From contig CAWFTN010000001.1 of NCBI GenBank assembly GCA_963818925.1, forward strand, positions 3,357,104-3,421,103: 64,000 nucleotides of DNA, written 5' to 3'. This document shows positions 28,553-37,866 of the stretch, one piece after another. A program made the translations under genes and the position numbers. Position 1 is the first letter of the stretch; the number at the start of each line of letters is the position of its first letter. The stretch comes from Vulcanimicrobiota bacterium. GTDB lineage: Bacteria; Vulcanimicrobiota; Vulcanimicrobiia; Vulcanimicrobiales; Vulcanimicrobiaceae. A model generated the notes under the pieces. That model was not told the origin of the DNA and made no database searches. It saw only the letters and a program-made list of their open reading frames with translations.

Positions 28553-29304
28553 TGATACACGCACGCGACGATGACGCGCTTTGGAATGGCGAGCAGGGTG
28601 CCGGAGGTATTTCGTGGTCCGATCGAAGCAGCATGGGGCTGCTTCGTGGCGTCATCGATCCCGCCGATCTCTCGGGCCGGCGCAACGCCTACATGCATGC
28701 GCTCCACACGGCTGTCTTGAAGAGCGAACTTCGCAAGGCCGGGCACTTGACGAAGGTTCTCGATTTTGGCTGCGGAACCGGGCGTTTTATCGAGGTCCTT
28801 TCACAATTCGGACTTCTGGTTGCCGCTGCGGACAAAGAATCGTCGATGGTACATGCCGCGCGCCGTTACGCAGGCAGCTACGCCGAGGAGATTGTGTGCT
28901 GCGACCCGGACAAGTTGCCGTTCGAGACGGGAACGTTCGATTTTACGCTCTGCTCGAGTGTGCTTTGCGTGACGATGAAGCCGCTGCTTCAACGAATTGT
29001 TCGCGAGCTGGCGCGCGTGACGAAGCCGGGCGGCAAACTGTTGTTGCTCGAGCAGGTACGCTACGACCGGGATCTTTCGATCTCGCGCTATTACGAGCTG
29101 TTGTTGCGCGCGGGTTTCGACGTTGAGCGCGCGTACCCGATCCGCTCCGGCTCGTCGATCTTCACGACCTGGTCGGCGCAGAACCGGTGGATTCCCGTTT
29201 CGGTATTCCCGAAGATTGCCGCGGCGGAATTGATGCTGAATTCGCGGGGGTTCGCGTTGAAGCGCTCGACATACACTCAGTACGCGATCGTCGCCCGGCG
29301 ATAG
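28552..29304 (+). CDS. Class I SAM-dependent methyltransferase
   Basis: VLDFGCGTGRF (motif I), AADKESSMV, PGGKLLLLEQ. Confidence 0.8.
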   Translation: MIHARDDDALWNGEQGAGGISWSDRSSMGLLRGVIDPADLSGRRNAYMHALHTAVLKSELRKAGHLTKVLDFGCGTGRFIEVLSQFGLLVAAADKESSMVHAARRYAGSYAEEIVCCDPDKLPFETGTFDFTLCSSVLCVTMKPLLQRIVRELARVTKPGGKLLLLEQVRYDRDLSISRYYELLLRAGFDVERAYPIRSGSSIFTTWSAQNRWIPVSVFPKIAAAELMLNSRGFALKRSTYTQYAIVARR

Positions 29305-29310
29305 AAGCGT

Positions 29311-29661
29311 TTATTGAGCTGCCGTGACGATGATTTCGCCGGCCATCCCCGAGTGATAGCTGCAGACGTAGTGATAGTCGCCGGCCTTATTGAACGTGTA
29401 TTTCCACGACTTGCCGGGCCCAATGTCTCCCGACGATCCGAGGTCGCTAGCCGTCACGTTATGCGTGACACTGTCGTCGTTTTGGAAGACGACCGTCTGA
29501 CCGACTAGCACTTTCGTGGATGCCGGATCGAACGCTAAGTTGTGCATGTGCACGGTGACGGTCGCCGATGGCGATCCGCCGCCCTGTCCGAGGACGGGCG
29601 AAATACTCCATGCAGCCCCGAGTGCCAGCACACACGTTAGAATAGTGAATGCTCTGATCAT
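29311..29661 (-). CDS. Cupredoxin (plastocyanin/azurin-family blue copper protein)
   Basis: Signal peptide. Copper ligands H...C..H..M in VTHNV...YVCSYHSGMAGEI. Confidence 0.85.
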   Translation of the reverse strand: MIRAFTILTCVLALGAAWSISPVLGQGGGSPSATVTVHMHNLAFDPASTKVLVGQTVVFQNDDSVTHNVTASDLGSSGDIGPGKSWKYTFNKAGDYHYVCSYHSGMAGEIIVTAAQ

Positions 29662-29812
29662 CCTTCCACGCTCCTTTGGTGTTTCTCGCGATACGTCACG
29701 ATACGCGCGGAGTATGAAGGAAGCCTAAATGTGCCGACGCGTGATTCCTTGACCGGGATCAATTTCACGTTGTGAGCGCAGGCGTAGGCAGGGCCACAGC
29801 GTATCACCCGGC

Positions 29813-31756
29813 ATGCATCGTATTCTCTGCGCGGCCCTATGCTGCGCGTTGATTTTTTCCGCTGCCTCGCGCCCCGCAGAGGCTGCTCCGCCGAGCGCCG
29901 CCGCCATCTATGACGCAATGCAGAGCGTTGTTACCTTTGATTCACTCTCCGTCTCACCGGACGGAACGCACGTCGCGTGGCAACAGACCGCCCATCACCA
30001 TCCAACGGTATGGGTGGAGGCGCTGACGACGCACATGCGCGTGCGCGTAAGTGCCGATGCGGCAAATAAAGATGCACACGAAGGCGATATTGCTTGGTCA
30101 CCCGATTCGAGGCGCTTTGCGTTTCTCTCCGATGCTCGTAAGAAAGGGCCGGAGCAACTCTACCTTGCGAACGCCGACGGCACGCATGTCGTGCAACTCG
30201 GAACGCTCACCGGCGCCGCGCAAGAGGTCACGTGGTCGCCGGACGGCGCACGCGTCGGCTTGTTGTATATCGCGCATCCGCATCGGAAGTCCGGAGCGCT
30301 GGCCGCGGGCGCGCGCGACATCGGCGTCATCGGCACCTCGTACGACGAGCAGCAAGTCGCAACGGTCGATGTACGAAGCGGAGCGGTGCGCCTCGTCACG
30401 CCTGCCAATGATTACGTGTACGAATACGCGTGGTCGCCCGACTCATCACACTTTGCGCTGACGTACGCGCGGGGAAGCGGCGATGACAACTGGTGGATCG
30501 CGAAGCTCGCAACGGTAGCATCTGCGGGCGGTACGTTGAACGACGTACTCGCGCCGAAGTATCAGATCAACGCGCCCACCTGGTCGCCCGACGGACGTTC
30601 GATTGCCGTAATCGGCGGCATCATGAGCGATTTCGGTTCGGTCGGGGGCGACGTCTACCGTGTCGATCTTGCTTCGAAAACTGCGCGCGATATTACCCCG
30701 GATATGGAATACAGCGCGTCGTCCTTGCGTTGGGTGACACCCGGGCGAATCATGATGCTCGCGCATCACAACGGATCGCGCGTGCTCACGTCGCTCGATC
30801 CGCAAACCGGTCACGTCACGATGCTTGCCGGCAGCGCGGAAAATCTCGCGGACCTGAGCGTTTCAAAGCGCGGCTCGATGGTGGCCGTGGTTCGCCAATC
30901 GTTTACGCAAGCGCCGGAGTTGTGGGCCGGAGCGCCGCGTGCACTCGCGCGCGTCACGAACGTCAACGCGCGTGTTCCGCAGTTCAGCGGACGAGCCGTT
31001 TCATTGACCTGGAACAGCGATCAGTACAAGGTGCAAGGGTGGCTCATCTATCCGCGCGACTATCGCACGGGCCGCACGTATCCAATGGTAACGGTCGTTC
31101 ACGGCGGTCCTTCGGCGGAATCGTTGCCGTCCTTCTCGAGCTTGTTCATCAGCCCGCTCGTTGCAAACGGATACTTTGTATTCGAACCGAATCCACGCGG
31201 CAGTTTCGGGCGCGGCGAAGCGTTTGCCGCGGCAAACGTCAAGGACTTCGGCGGCGGCGACTGGCGCGACGATCTCGCTGGAGTCGATACAGCGATAGCA
31301 TCGGCGCCGATCGATGGCCATCGTCTCGGTTTGGCGGGGTGGAGTTACGGCGGCTACATGTCGATGTGGGGCGAAACGCAAACAAACCGGTTCAAAGCGA
31401 TCGTTGCCGGTGCCGGTCTCGTCAATTGGCAGTCATACTACGGTCAGAACAAGATCGATCAGTGGATGACGCCGTTCTTCGGCGCGTCCGTCTACGACGA
31501 TCCGTCCGTGTATGCAAAAAGTTCGCCGATAACGTACATCAAACAATCGAAGACCCCGGTGTTGATTCTCGCCGGCGAACGAGATGAAGAAGTGCCGGCA
31601 GCGCAGTCGTTTGAGTTCTATCACGCGATGCAAACCCTAGGAGTCCCCTCGCAACTCGTCGTGTACGCGGACGAAGGTCACGGTGTGCGTCAGCCCGGTC
31701 ACGTAACGGATATTATCTCGCGCATGACCGCGTGGTTCGGTAAATACTTGCATTAG
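29813..31756 (+). CDS. S9 family serine peptidase (prolyl oligopeptidase/acylaminoacyl-peptidase type) with N-terminal beta-propeller
   Basis: Signal peptide. Propeller WSPDG repeats. GWSYGGYM nucleophile elbow (GxSxGG). Asp/His in DEEVP...EGHGV. Confidence 0.85.
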   Translation: MHRILCAALCCALIFSAASRPAEAAPPSAAAIYDAMQSVVTFDSLSVSPDGTHVAWQQTAHHHPTVWVEALTTHMRVRVSADAANKDAHEGDIAWSPDSRRFAFLSDARKKGPEQLYLANADGTHVVQLGTLTGAAQEVTWSPDGARVGLLYIAHPHRKSGALAAGARDIGVIGTSYDEQQVATVDVRSGAVRLVTPANDYVYEYAWSPDSSHFALTYARGSGDDNWWIAKLATVASAGGTLNDVLAPKYQINAPTWSPDGRSIAVIGGIMSDFGSVGGDVYRVDLASKTARDITPDMEYSASSLRWVTPGRIMMLAHHNGSRVLTSLDPQTGHVTMLAGSAENLADLSVSKRGSMVAVVRQSFTQAPELWAGAPRALARVTNVNARVPQFSGRAVSLTWNSDQYKVQGWLIYPRDYRTGRTYPMVTVVHGGPSAESLPSFSSLFISPLVANGYFVFEPNPRGSFGRGEAFAAANVKDFGGGDWRDDLAGVDTAIASAPIDGHRLGLAGWSYGGYMSMWGETQTNRFKAIVAGAGLVNWQSYYGQNKIDQWMTPFFGASVYDDPSVYAKSSPITYIKQSKTPVLILAGERDEEVPAAQSFEFYHAMQTLGVPSQLVVYADEGHGVRQPGHVTDIISRMTAWFGKYLH

Positions 31757-31846
31757 CGGAAACGCTTTTCGAAGTCTCATCGACGTTGATCGGGTCCATC
31801 CGGCGGTGCTACGCTAGTGCGAACCGTTTGTTTGGGAGATGTAGAC

Positions 31847-32167
31847 ATGCCCAAATACCTTATTCAGGCTTCCTACACTGCCGATGGCGCGAAGGGCTTA
31901 CTTCGCGGCGGCGGAACCGCGCGACGCAAGGCGGTGGAGGAGCTCGCCGCCGCCGTGAACGGAAAGATCGAAGCGTTTTATTTTTCTTTCGGCGAGCACG
32001 ATATCGTGATCGTCGCTGATTTCCCCGATAATTCGGCGGCCTCGGCCGTCGCGCTGGCGGTTGGTTCGTCGGGCGCGGTTCGTACGAAGACGACGGTGAT
32101 GATGTTGCCCGAAGAGGTCGATGCGGCGACGAAACTGCAGATTGCATATCGCGCTCCCGGACAGTAG
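31847..32167 (+). CDS. GYD domain protein
   Basis: MPKYLIQASYTADGAKGL....GKIEAFYFSFGEHDIVIVADFPDNSAASA is the GYD family signature. Confidence 0.8.
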   Translation: MPKYLIQASYTADGAKGLLRGGGTARRKAVEELAAAVNGKIEAFYFSFGEHDIVIVADFPDNSAASAVALAVGSSGAVRTKTTVMMLPEEVDAATKLQIAYRAPGQ

Positions 32168-32179
32168 CCTGTAGAACGC

Positions 32180-32704
32180 GTGCGGCGCATCGGCGTCCTG
32201 GGCGCGATGAAAGAAGAAACCGCGCGGCTCGTTGCCGATATGCGCGGCATTACGATGGCGGCCATCGGTGGCCGCGCCGACACGCAAGGGATCGAGCGAG
32301 CCGACTCTAGCGGGACGCTCTACGATCGCGACGTTACCGTGGTGTTCTCACGCTGGGGCAAGGTGGCCGCTGATCGACCGGTTCGTCCAGCACGATATGG
32401 TGCACGTCCCTTGTTCAAGCAGTACGAGCTTCCGATTCCCGATCTTGGGCTACACATCATCAGTCTTGGTATTGAAGCCCGCGTGGTACAACTCGCGGTC
32501 GCTTCAGCTAAACGCTACGTGGCCGCCGTATCGGGCAACGCGCAAGTCCGCGCCGGGCTCATTGTAAGCGGAGACCGTTTCATCATCAGCAGCGAGGCTA
32601 CAGAAGGGCTTCGTTCCGAAGTTGTCAGCAGCATTGCAAGTCCGCTCACCGCCGGAGTCGTGCGAGATTTAATCGCGCATATTGATACGAGAGGTACGAC
32701 GTGA
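32180..32704 (+). CDS. PNP/UDP-phosphorylase-superfamily protein resembling MTA/SAH nucleosidase, possibly degraded
   Basis: N-terminal MRRIGVLGAMKEETARL and ...VRAGLIVSGDRFIISSEA match MtnN motifs. The middle region matches better in an alternative frame (ORF 32232-32567). The C-terminal catalytic EMEA region is absent. Confidence 0.4.
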   Translation: MRRIGVLGAMKEETARLVADMRGITMAAIGGRADTQGIERADSSGTLYDRDVTVVFSRWGKVAADRPVRPARYGARPLFKQYELPIPDLGLHIISLGIEARVVQLAVASAKRYVAAVSGNAQVRAGLIVSGDRFIISSEATEGLRSEVVSSIASPLTAGVVRDLIAHIDTRGTT

Positions 32705-33381
32705 CGAGGAGCAACGACGCCGGTAAACGTGCTGCCGGATATGCTGCTGTCGACCGGTTCGTTCGTGACGGCACATGTATCGGGCTCGGCACCGGAACGA
32801 CGGCGTATTACGCGATCGAACGCGTTGGCCAACGCATTGCCGCGGGTGAAGAAATCGTCGCGGTTGCGACGTCAAAGAAAACAGAGCAGCTTTGCGAACA
32901 GTCGCGTATTCCGCTCGTTGCACTGCTCGAGCGTCAGATCGACGTAGCGATCGATGGTGCCGACGAGATCGCGCCCGACTGGGCGCTGATCAAAGGCGGG
33001 GGCGGAGCGCTCTTTCGCGAGAAAGCCGTCGCGCTGTGCGCGCGGAAGTTCGTCGTCGTCGCTACGCCCGCAAAACTCGTCCCGGCATTGGGAGAATTTC
33101 CGCTGCCGGTCGAGATGGTGCCATATGCGATGCCGTACGTGCTGCGGGAAATCAGCCGCGCGTATCCCGACATCGAGATTGTGCGTCGTGGCGGCGATAC
33201 GCCGTTCACGACGGATAACGGAAATTGGATTCTTGACTGTCACTTTGGCAGAATCGATCAGCCCTTGGTGCTCGACTCTGGGCTCAAGAGCATTCACGGA
33301 GTTGTTGCGACCGGTATCTTCGTCGGCCTCGTGAACGATGTCGTCCTTGGACATGAGGACGGGACGGTGCAGTGCGACTAG
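32701..33381 (+). CDS. rpiA: Ribose-5-phosphate isomerase A
   Basis: GTG start. GLGTGTTAYYAIERV, DGADEI, KGGGGAL and VVVATPAKLV are canonical RpiA motifs. Confidence 0.9.
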   Translation: MTRSNDAGKRAAGYAAVDRFVRDGTCIGLGTGTTAYYAIERVGQRIAAGEEIVAVATSKKTEQLCEQSRIPLVALLERQIDVAIDGADEIAPDWALIKGGGGALFREKAVALCARKFVVVATPAKLVPALGEFPLPVEMVPYAMPYVLREISRAYPDIEIVRRGGDTPFTTDNGNWILDCHFGRIDQPLVLDSGLKSIHGVVATGIFVGLVNDVVLGHEDGTVQCD

Positions 33382-33635
33382 AGGCCGATTCTCGTCAGGT
33401 CCGCGACGAATTCTTGCGTGCTCGGGCTATCCCACCAATTTGCGATGATTGCTTCAACCTCACGCACGGAACTCAGCGCTCCAACGTGCTCTTCGAGCGA
33501 AGCGCGTTGCGGAGCGGGCTGCGCTAATTCGTCTTCGAGTCCATTGATTGATTCATGCGCTTCGTGCGAAGCCGGGATGGCGGCGCGGAGCGCATCACCG
33601 GGGAAAGATGCTCGGGCTTCATCCTGCTTATCCAT
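33378..33635 (-). CDS. Hypothetical small acidic protein
   Basis: 85-aa ORF overlapping the rpiA stop by 4 nt. No domain recognised. Confidence 0.25.
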   Translation of the reverse strand: MDKQDEARASFPGDALRAAIPASHEAHESINGLEDELAQPAPQRASLEEHVGALSSVREVEAIIANWWDSPSTQEFVADLTRIGL

Positions 33636-33815
33636 ACGTCAACGCTACAATTTTGGTCCATGCTGAACCTCCTTATGCGCCTGCGTAACGCTGACGCCGA
33701 CACGCTACGCGAAGCAATCGCAGCGGTGCTAGAATAGGCGTGTAAGGCTTGCCGGGCTGAACCAACATTCGAAGGTTGTCGCGATGTCTGGAGAGTACCG
33801 GCCGCTCCGAAGACA

Positions 33816-34085
33816 ATGCACGAGCCGGTTGCGAGCAGCATTCCGACACTGCTGATTTCCGGCACCTTGGATACGTTGACGTCTCTTGCGGGTGCGAAGG
33901 CCGCAGCAATGCGCCTGTCCCACGCAACATTCATCAGCATCCCGGGTGTCGGACATACTGCTTCCGCGTCGTCTCCATGCGCACAAGCTGTCATCGTTTC
34001 GTTCTACGCTGCTCCGGACCATCCCGATACATTGTGCGTCCGCGCGCTGAAGCCGGAAAGCTTCGCCTCAACGCCGGCGCAATAG
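33816..34085 (+). pseudogene. C-terminal remnant of an alpha/beta-hydrolase gene
   Basis: PTLLISGTLDTLTSLAGAKAAAMRLSHATFISIPGVGHTA is the typical alpha/beta-hydrolase C-terminus with the catalytic His. There is no room or frame for the N-terminal ~200 aa upstream. Confidence 0.45.
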
Positions 34086-34093
34086 CCAAACAC

Positions 34094-34127
34094 AAAAAAA
34101 GAAGCGAGCAGATTGCTCCGCTCGCTT
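34094..34127. terminator. Bidirectional rho-independent terminator (strong for the minus-strand S53 peptidase gene)
   Basis: AAGCGAGCAGAttgcTCCGCTCGCTT hairpin. Minus-strand reading is followed by TTTTTTT, plus-strand reading by TTCT. Confidence 0.6.
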
Positions 34128-34147
34128 TTCTACGCGGTGTGCGCGCG

Positions 34148-36244
34148 TTATGGAACGACGCGGCCGGTGATCGCCTGAATGAGATGACCACCGTACGGTG
34201 CGCCGAGGCCCGTCACGAGATCGTAACCTGTCCCCGCCTGGAATCCGTTCAGCAACGGGGGCGGCGTTGCTGAAGGTGACGGCGTCGATGGCGCGATTGC
34301 GCTCGTATCACCGTAGAGCACGTCATAGATCACGTTGGCATAGGCGAGCTGCGGCGTGAAATTCCGGCTCGCGAATCCTTTGCCGTAGATCGCATAGAAG
34401 AGCGGCGCCGGATTCCCAAGCCGGTACGGATGAGGACCGCTCGCAGTAGCGCACCGTGCCGTTTGTTTGCACGCCTGAAGTACTAGCGCCCACATTGCAG
34501 CCATTTCCGGACTTGCCGCGGAGGTGCCGCCGATCGACGAGACCTGTTCACCGAATGGAACGTTGAACACGATCGTTGGTCCGGTATTGGGATCGGCGTC
34601 GAGCGATATGTCCGGCTGCGCGCGGAACGTCGAATGCAACGTTGCGGTGCCGTTTGATACTGCGAGGTTCTGCTGCCATGGCGGTGCGGGAAAGACGGTC
34701 GAGAAACCGCCGCCGGAACCAATGTTGTTGCCAAACGACCCATCGCCGAATTCTCCCGTTGCCGAGCCCCATGCCGTTAGCAGCGGTGATCGGCCGGTGT
34801 TGTCGTTGAACGTGGCGTTTACGCCGCCCACCGACGTAACGCTTGGATCGCCCGACGGGTAGCTTGCGCATTTCTGCGTTGTACCGGTGAATCCCGAGCA
34901 CTCGAATGGACCCGTATCGCCGCTTGAAGCAAACGCCGCGATTCCTTCAGCCGCAAGCGTCGCAAACTCAACTGGACCGAAACCCTGCCCTTCGGAATTA
35001 AAGTAGATTGCTTCGGTATCGATAGCGAGCGGTTCGCCTTCACCGAAGCTCATTGAGATGACGTCGGCGACGTTATCGGCGATGACTTGTTGGATCTCCG
35101 GATCCGTGAGCGCAATGCCTAAGACGGGTATCCCTTTTCCGGGCGGACACGGTTTGCCGAATGTCGGATTTCCGGTGTACGTGCAATCGTTCGGGTTGTA
35201 CGCGAGATAGAACATCGTCGTCGCGCCCGGCGCAAGCGATGCTACGGATTGCGTATCTAATTGTGCTTCGAAATCTTCCGGATTGCACTTCGGCAGCGTT
35301 CCATTGCACGGTGCAGTAACCGGCGGCGGCGGTTTCAGACCGCTTGAATACGGATACGGGGGAACAGGACTTCCCCCGGGAACGGGCGTCGGCAACGGTT
35401 GCCCTGCCAAGGCTTGTGCCACGCCTTCATCCGTGACCGGCATCTGTTTAATTGCACCGATCGGCGCATGGTACAGCTGACCTAGGCGCGGCGCATCCGC
35501 TGCGGAGATCGGGCCCGTACCGATGATTCCAACGTTGATCCCGCTTCCGTTGAATCCGGCGTCGTATGCGCCTTGGTAGTCGAAGATCCGAGCTAATTGC
35601 TGCGGGCTATATCCGCGGAATTGATTGCTTCCTGGGCCACGCATCAAGTACGACCGCATGGTCGTAACTTGCACGAGGTTCGTTACCGCAGTAATCGGCA
35701 TTGACATGGAAAAGTGCGGCATCGTCATCGGCGCTGCGAACGTTTTTCCGCCGTACGCGTACATGCCGAACTTCGTGCCGAACGCTGACTCCAGTCGAGG
35801 CTGAGGTCCGACGACGAATAACATTTCGCGCTGCGGCCAACCGCCGACGTGCAATCCAAAAGAGGCGAAGTATTGCGCGACCTTTGCGTAGTCGGACGCC
35901 TTCGCCCCGAAACGATTGCCGATCTGTCTCGGCGTCAAGAAATGGCGGTACGCCGCTGAGTTCGGATTACTGACGTCTTGGGCATATCGAAGCAGCCCTT
36001 GCATGTCTTGCATGGAGATCGCGACGTTTACGCTCGCAGTATTGAAGTTCGCGGGACCGATGTAGTGGGACTGTGAAACGACGTTCTGGCCCCACTGAAA
36101 GTTCGCTAACTGCGAGGGCCCCGTATATGGTGCGATCGTTGAGGCGACGTTCGGTGTGCCCGGCATCGAAGACGATCCGCCGCCGCCACAACCGCTCGTA
36201 AGCGACGCAATCAAGAGAATTGCGACTTTATGCTTGATCGTCAT
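34148..36244 (-). CDS. S53 family peptidase (sedolisin/kumamolisin-like) lipoprotein
   Basis: Lipobox LTSGC. Pro-kumamolisin activation-domain-like N-terminus. Catalytic GGTSAASP serine motif. 698 aa. Confidence 0.8.
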   Translation of the reverse strand: MTIKHKVAILLIASLTSGCGGGGSSSMPGTPNVASTIAPYTGPSQLANFQWGQNVVSQSHYIGPANFNTASVNVAISMQDMQGLLRYAQDVSNPNSAAYRHFLTPRQIGNRFGAKASDYAKVAQYFASFGLHVGGWPQREMLFVVGPQPRLESAFGTKFGMYAYGGKTFAAPMTMPHFSMSMPITAVTNLVQVTTMRSYLMRGPGSNQFRGYSPQQLARIFDYQGAYDAGFNGSGINVGIIGTGPISAADAPRLGQLYHAPIGAIKQMPVTDEGVAQALAGQPLPTPVPGGSPVPPYPYSSGLKPPPPVTAPCNGTLPKCNPEDFEAQLDTQSVASLAPGATTMFYLAYNPNDCTYTGNPTFGKPCPPGKGIPVLGIALTDPEIQQVIADNVADVISMSFGEGEPLAIDTEAIYFNSEGQGFGPVEFATLAAEGIAAFASSGDTGPFECSGFTGTTQKCASYPSGDPSVTSVGGVNATFNDNTGRSPLLTAWGSATGEFGDGSFGNNIGSGGGFSTVFPAPPWQQNLAVSNGTATLHSTFRAQPDISLDADPNTGPTIVFNVPFGEQVSSIGGTSAASPEMAAMWALVLQACKQTARCATASGPHPYRLGNPAPLFYAIYGKGFASRNFTPQLAYANVIYDVLYGDTSAIAPSTPSPSATPPPLLNGFQAGTGYDLVTGLGAPYGGHLIQAITGRVVP

Positions 36245-37680
36245 TTCAGCACACCTCCGCGTACCAACGCGTCACGTATTTGGCGAAGCTCGTTTTCTAG
36301 GCGCTTTGCGCGCGCTCGCTGCGTCTCGCGCGCAACGGCCGCTTCCGCGAGCGCAATCGTTTGCGGAGCAATTGGTCGAAGCGACTGCGTCTGCCGGCCG
36401 GACGACGAAGTCAGGCCGTGCGTGGAGAGCGTCAATTGCTCCGTGATCGTTGTGGAGATGAGCGGCTGCGACAACGCGGTCGCAAAGGAAAAGAACTGGA
36501 GCGGTGCCTGATTTGTGAAATCGGCCAAAGAAAAATCGTAGAAGGCATTGTTGACGTCCGAGATCTGAACGCAGACGGCGCCGAAGTCGACGACGTCATA
36601 CCGTGTCGTCGTCGTATCGTCGATCGTGCCGTAGGCTCCGTCGACACTATGAACCGTTTTGACGATCTGACGTGCGTGTGTGCCGAAAGCCGGCGACACC
36701 TCGCAACTGCTGGGAATGACCGTCGGCCCATTATCCGTATTCGTCTCGCTGTAGAGCGGAGTTTTGAACCACGCGGGCGCTACGCCGAACGCGGCCGGCG
36801 AAGGACTTGGCGACGGTGTGCCTGTCGCCGGTACCGTATAGATCGATGCCTTGAGTTTAATCCCTGATGATTGCGGCTTGCTCATCAGGAACGTGTACGT
36901 TACGGACTTTGAGGGATATCCGGCGCGGCCTTCTTCGTTAAATACGAAAACGATTTGTGCGCTGCCGTCCGGATGCATGGCCGTTGACATGTTCACTTGG
37001 GGATACGCGTCGGCGCCGATCGTGACGTAGGTGTCGCGCTCGTTATATGAAGCGTTTGCATTTGTGAGGCGATCCGTAGCATTCCCGTTCGCATACGCAA
37101 TCTTCAGCGTGCCGGCCGGATTATTTGTCCATGCCTGTTTTGCGGATTCGGGGATCTGATCGACGATTTGTGGGGTCGTGTACACGATGGACGTCTTATT
37201 CTTTTGGTCGTCCACCGTGTTGGATCCCAAGAGCAGCAGCTGCTTCGGTGATACCGTCGTCTTGAGTTGATAGAATGAATCCGTGGTGAAGAGTAAGGTC
37301 TGCAGCGTGTACGCGTCGTTTTCCACGTTGTGATAGTCAAAGACGCTGCCCGGCCCAAATGGGTTATCTACAGTCGTGACTTTTACGTTTTGCGCAATGT
37401 CTGCGCTTGCAGTCGAAGCGGGTAAGGGATTCGCTGCGGGATAGTTATAGAAATCGGACCGGGTCAGTGCACCTGTAAAATCAAAGGAGATGCCCGAATT
37501 CATTCCCGGTACAGCGATGGGCTGCGGGCTGGAGGTTGCGGCCGGCGCCGGCGACGTTAAGGTAATGTCATTGCCGGCGCCCGGGCCAGGCGTAATACCG
37601 CCGCTCCCTCCGCCACCGCCGCATGATATAAGACTTGCCGATAAAACGGCGAGTCCAAGGATAGGGATTGAACGTTTCAT
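36241..37680 (-). CDS. Hypothetical lipoprotein, translationally coupled upstream of the S53 peptidase
   Basis: Lipobox LISCGG. 479 aa, Thr/Ser/Asn-rich beta-rich body. C-terminal charged helix ETQRARAKRLENELRQIRDAL. Its stop overlaps the S53 ATG (ATGA). Confidence 0.5.
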   Translation of the reverse strand: MKRSIPILGLAVLSASLISCGGGGGSGGITPGPGAGNDITLTSPAPAATSSPQPIAVPGMNSGISFDFTGALTRSDFYNYPAANPLPASTASADIAQNVKVTTVDNPFGPGSVFDYHNVENDAYTLQTLLFTTDSFYQLKTTVSPKQLLLLGSNTVDDQKNKTSIVYTTPQIVDQIPESAKQAWTNNPAGTLKIAYANGNATDRLTNANASYNERDTYVTIGADAYPQVNMSTAMHPDGSAQIVFVFNEEGRAGYPSKSVTYTFLMSKPQSSGIKLKASIYTVPATGTPSPSPSPAAFGVAPAWFKTPLYSETNTDNGPTVIPSSCEVSPAFGTHARQIVKTVHSVDGAYGTIDDTTTTRYDVVDFGAVCVQISDVNNAFYDFSLADFTNQAPLQFFSFATALSQPLISTTITEQLTLSTHGLTSSSGRQTQSLRPIAPQTIALAEAAVARETQRARAKRLENELRQIRDALVRGGVLK

Positions 37681-37866
37681 GGAGTCACACTCTCGTTCTC
37701 AAAAGAAAGTGCGACTGAGGGCACGTCGCATAGCAACGTCCGTCAGAGGGCGAAGCTATGAAACTCCGCAAAAACCACTTAGCGTCGCACGAGCCGAGCC
37801 CTAGAGGGCAAAGAAGTCGCTGCTTGAGCGCAGGATACGGGAATCAAATTCAACGAAACGCGCCGC

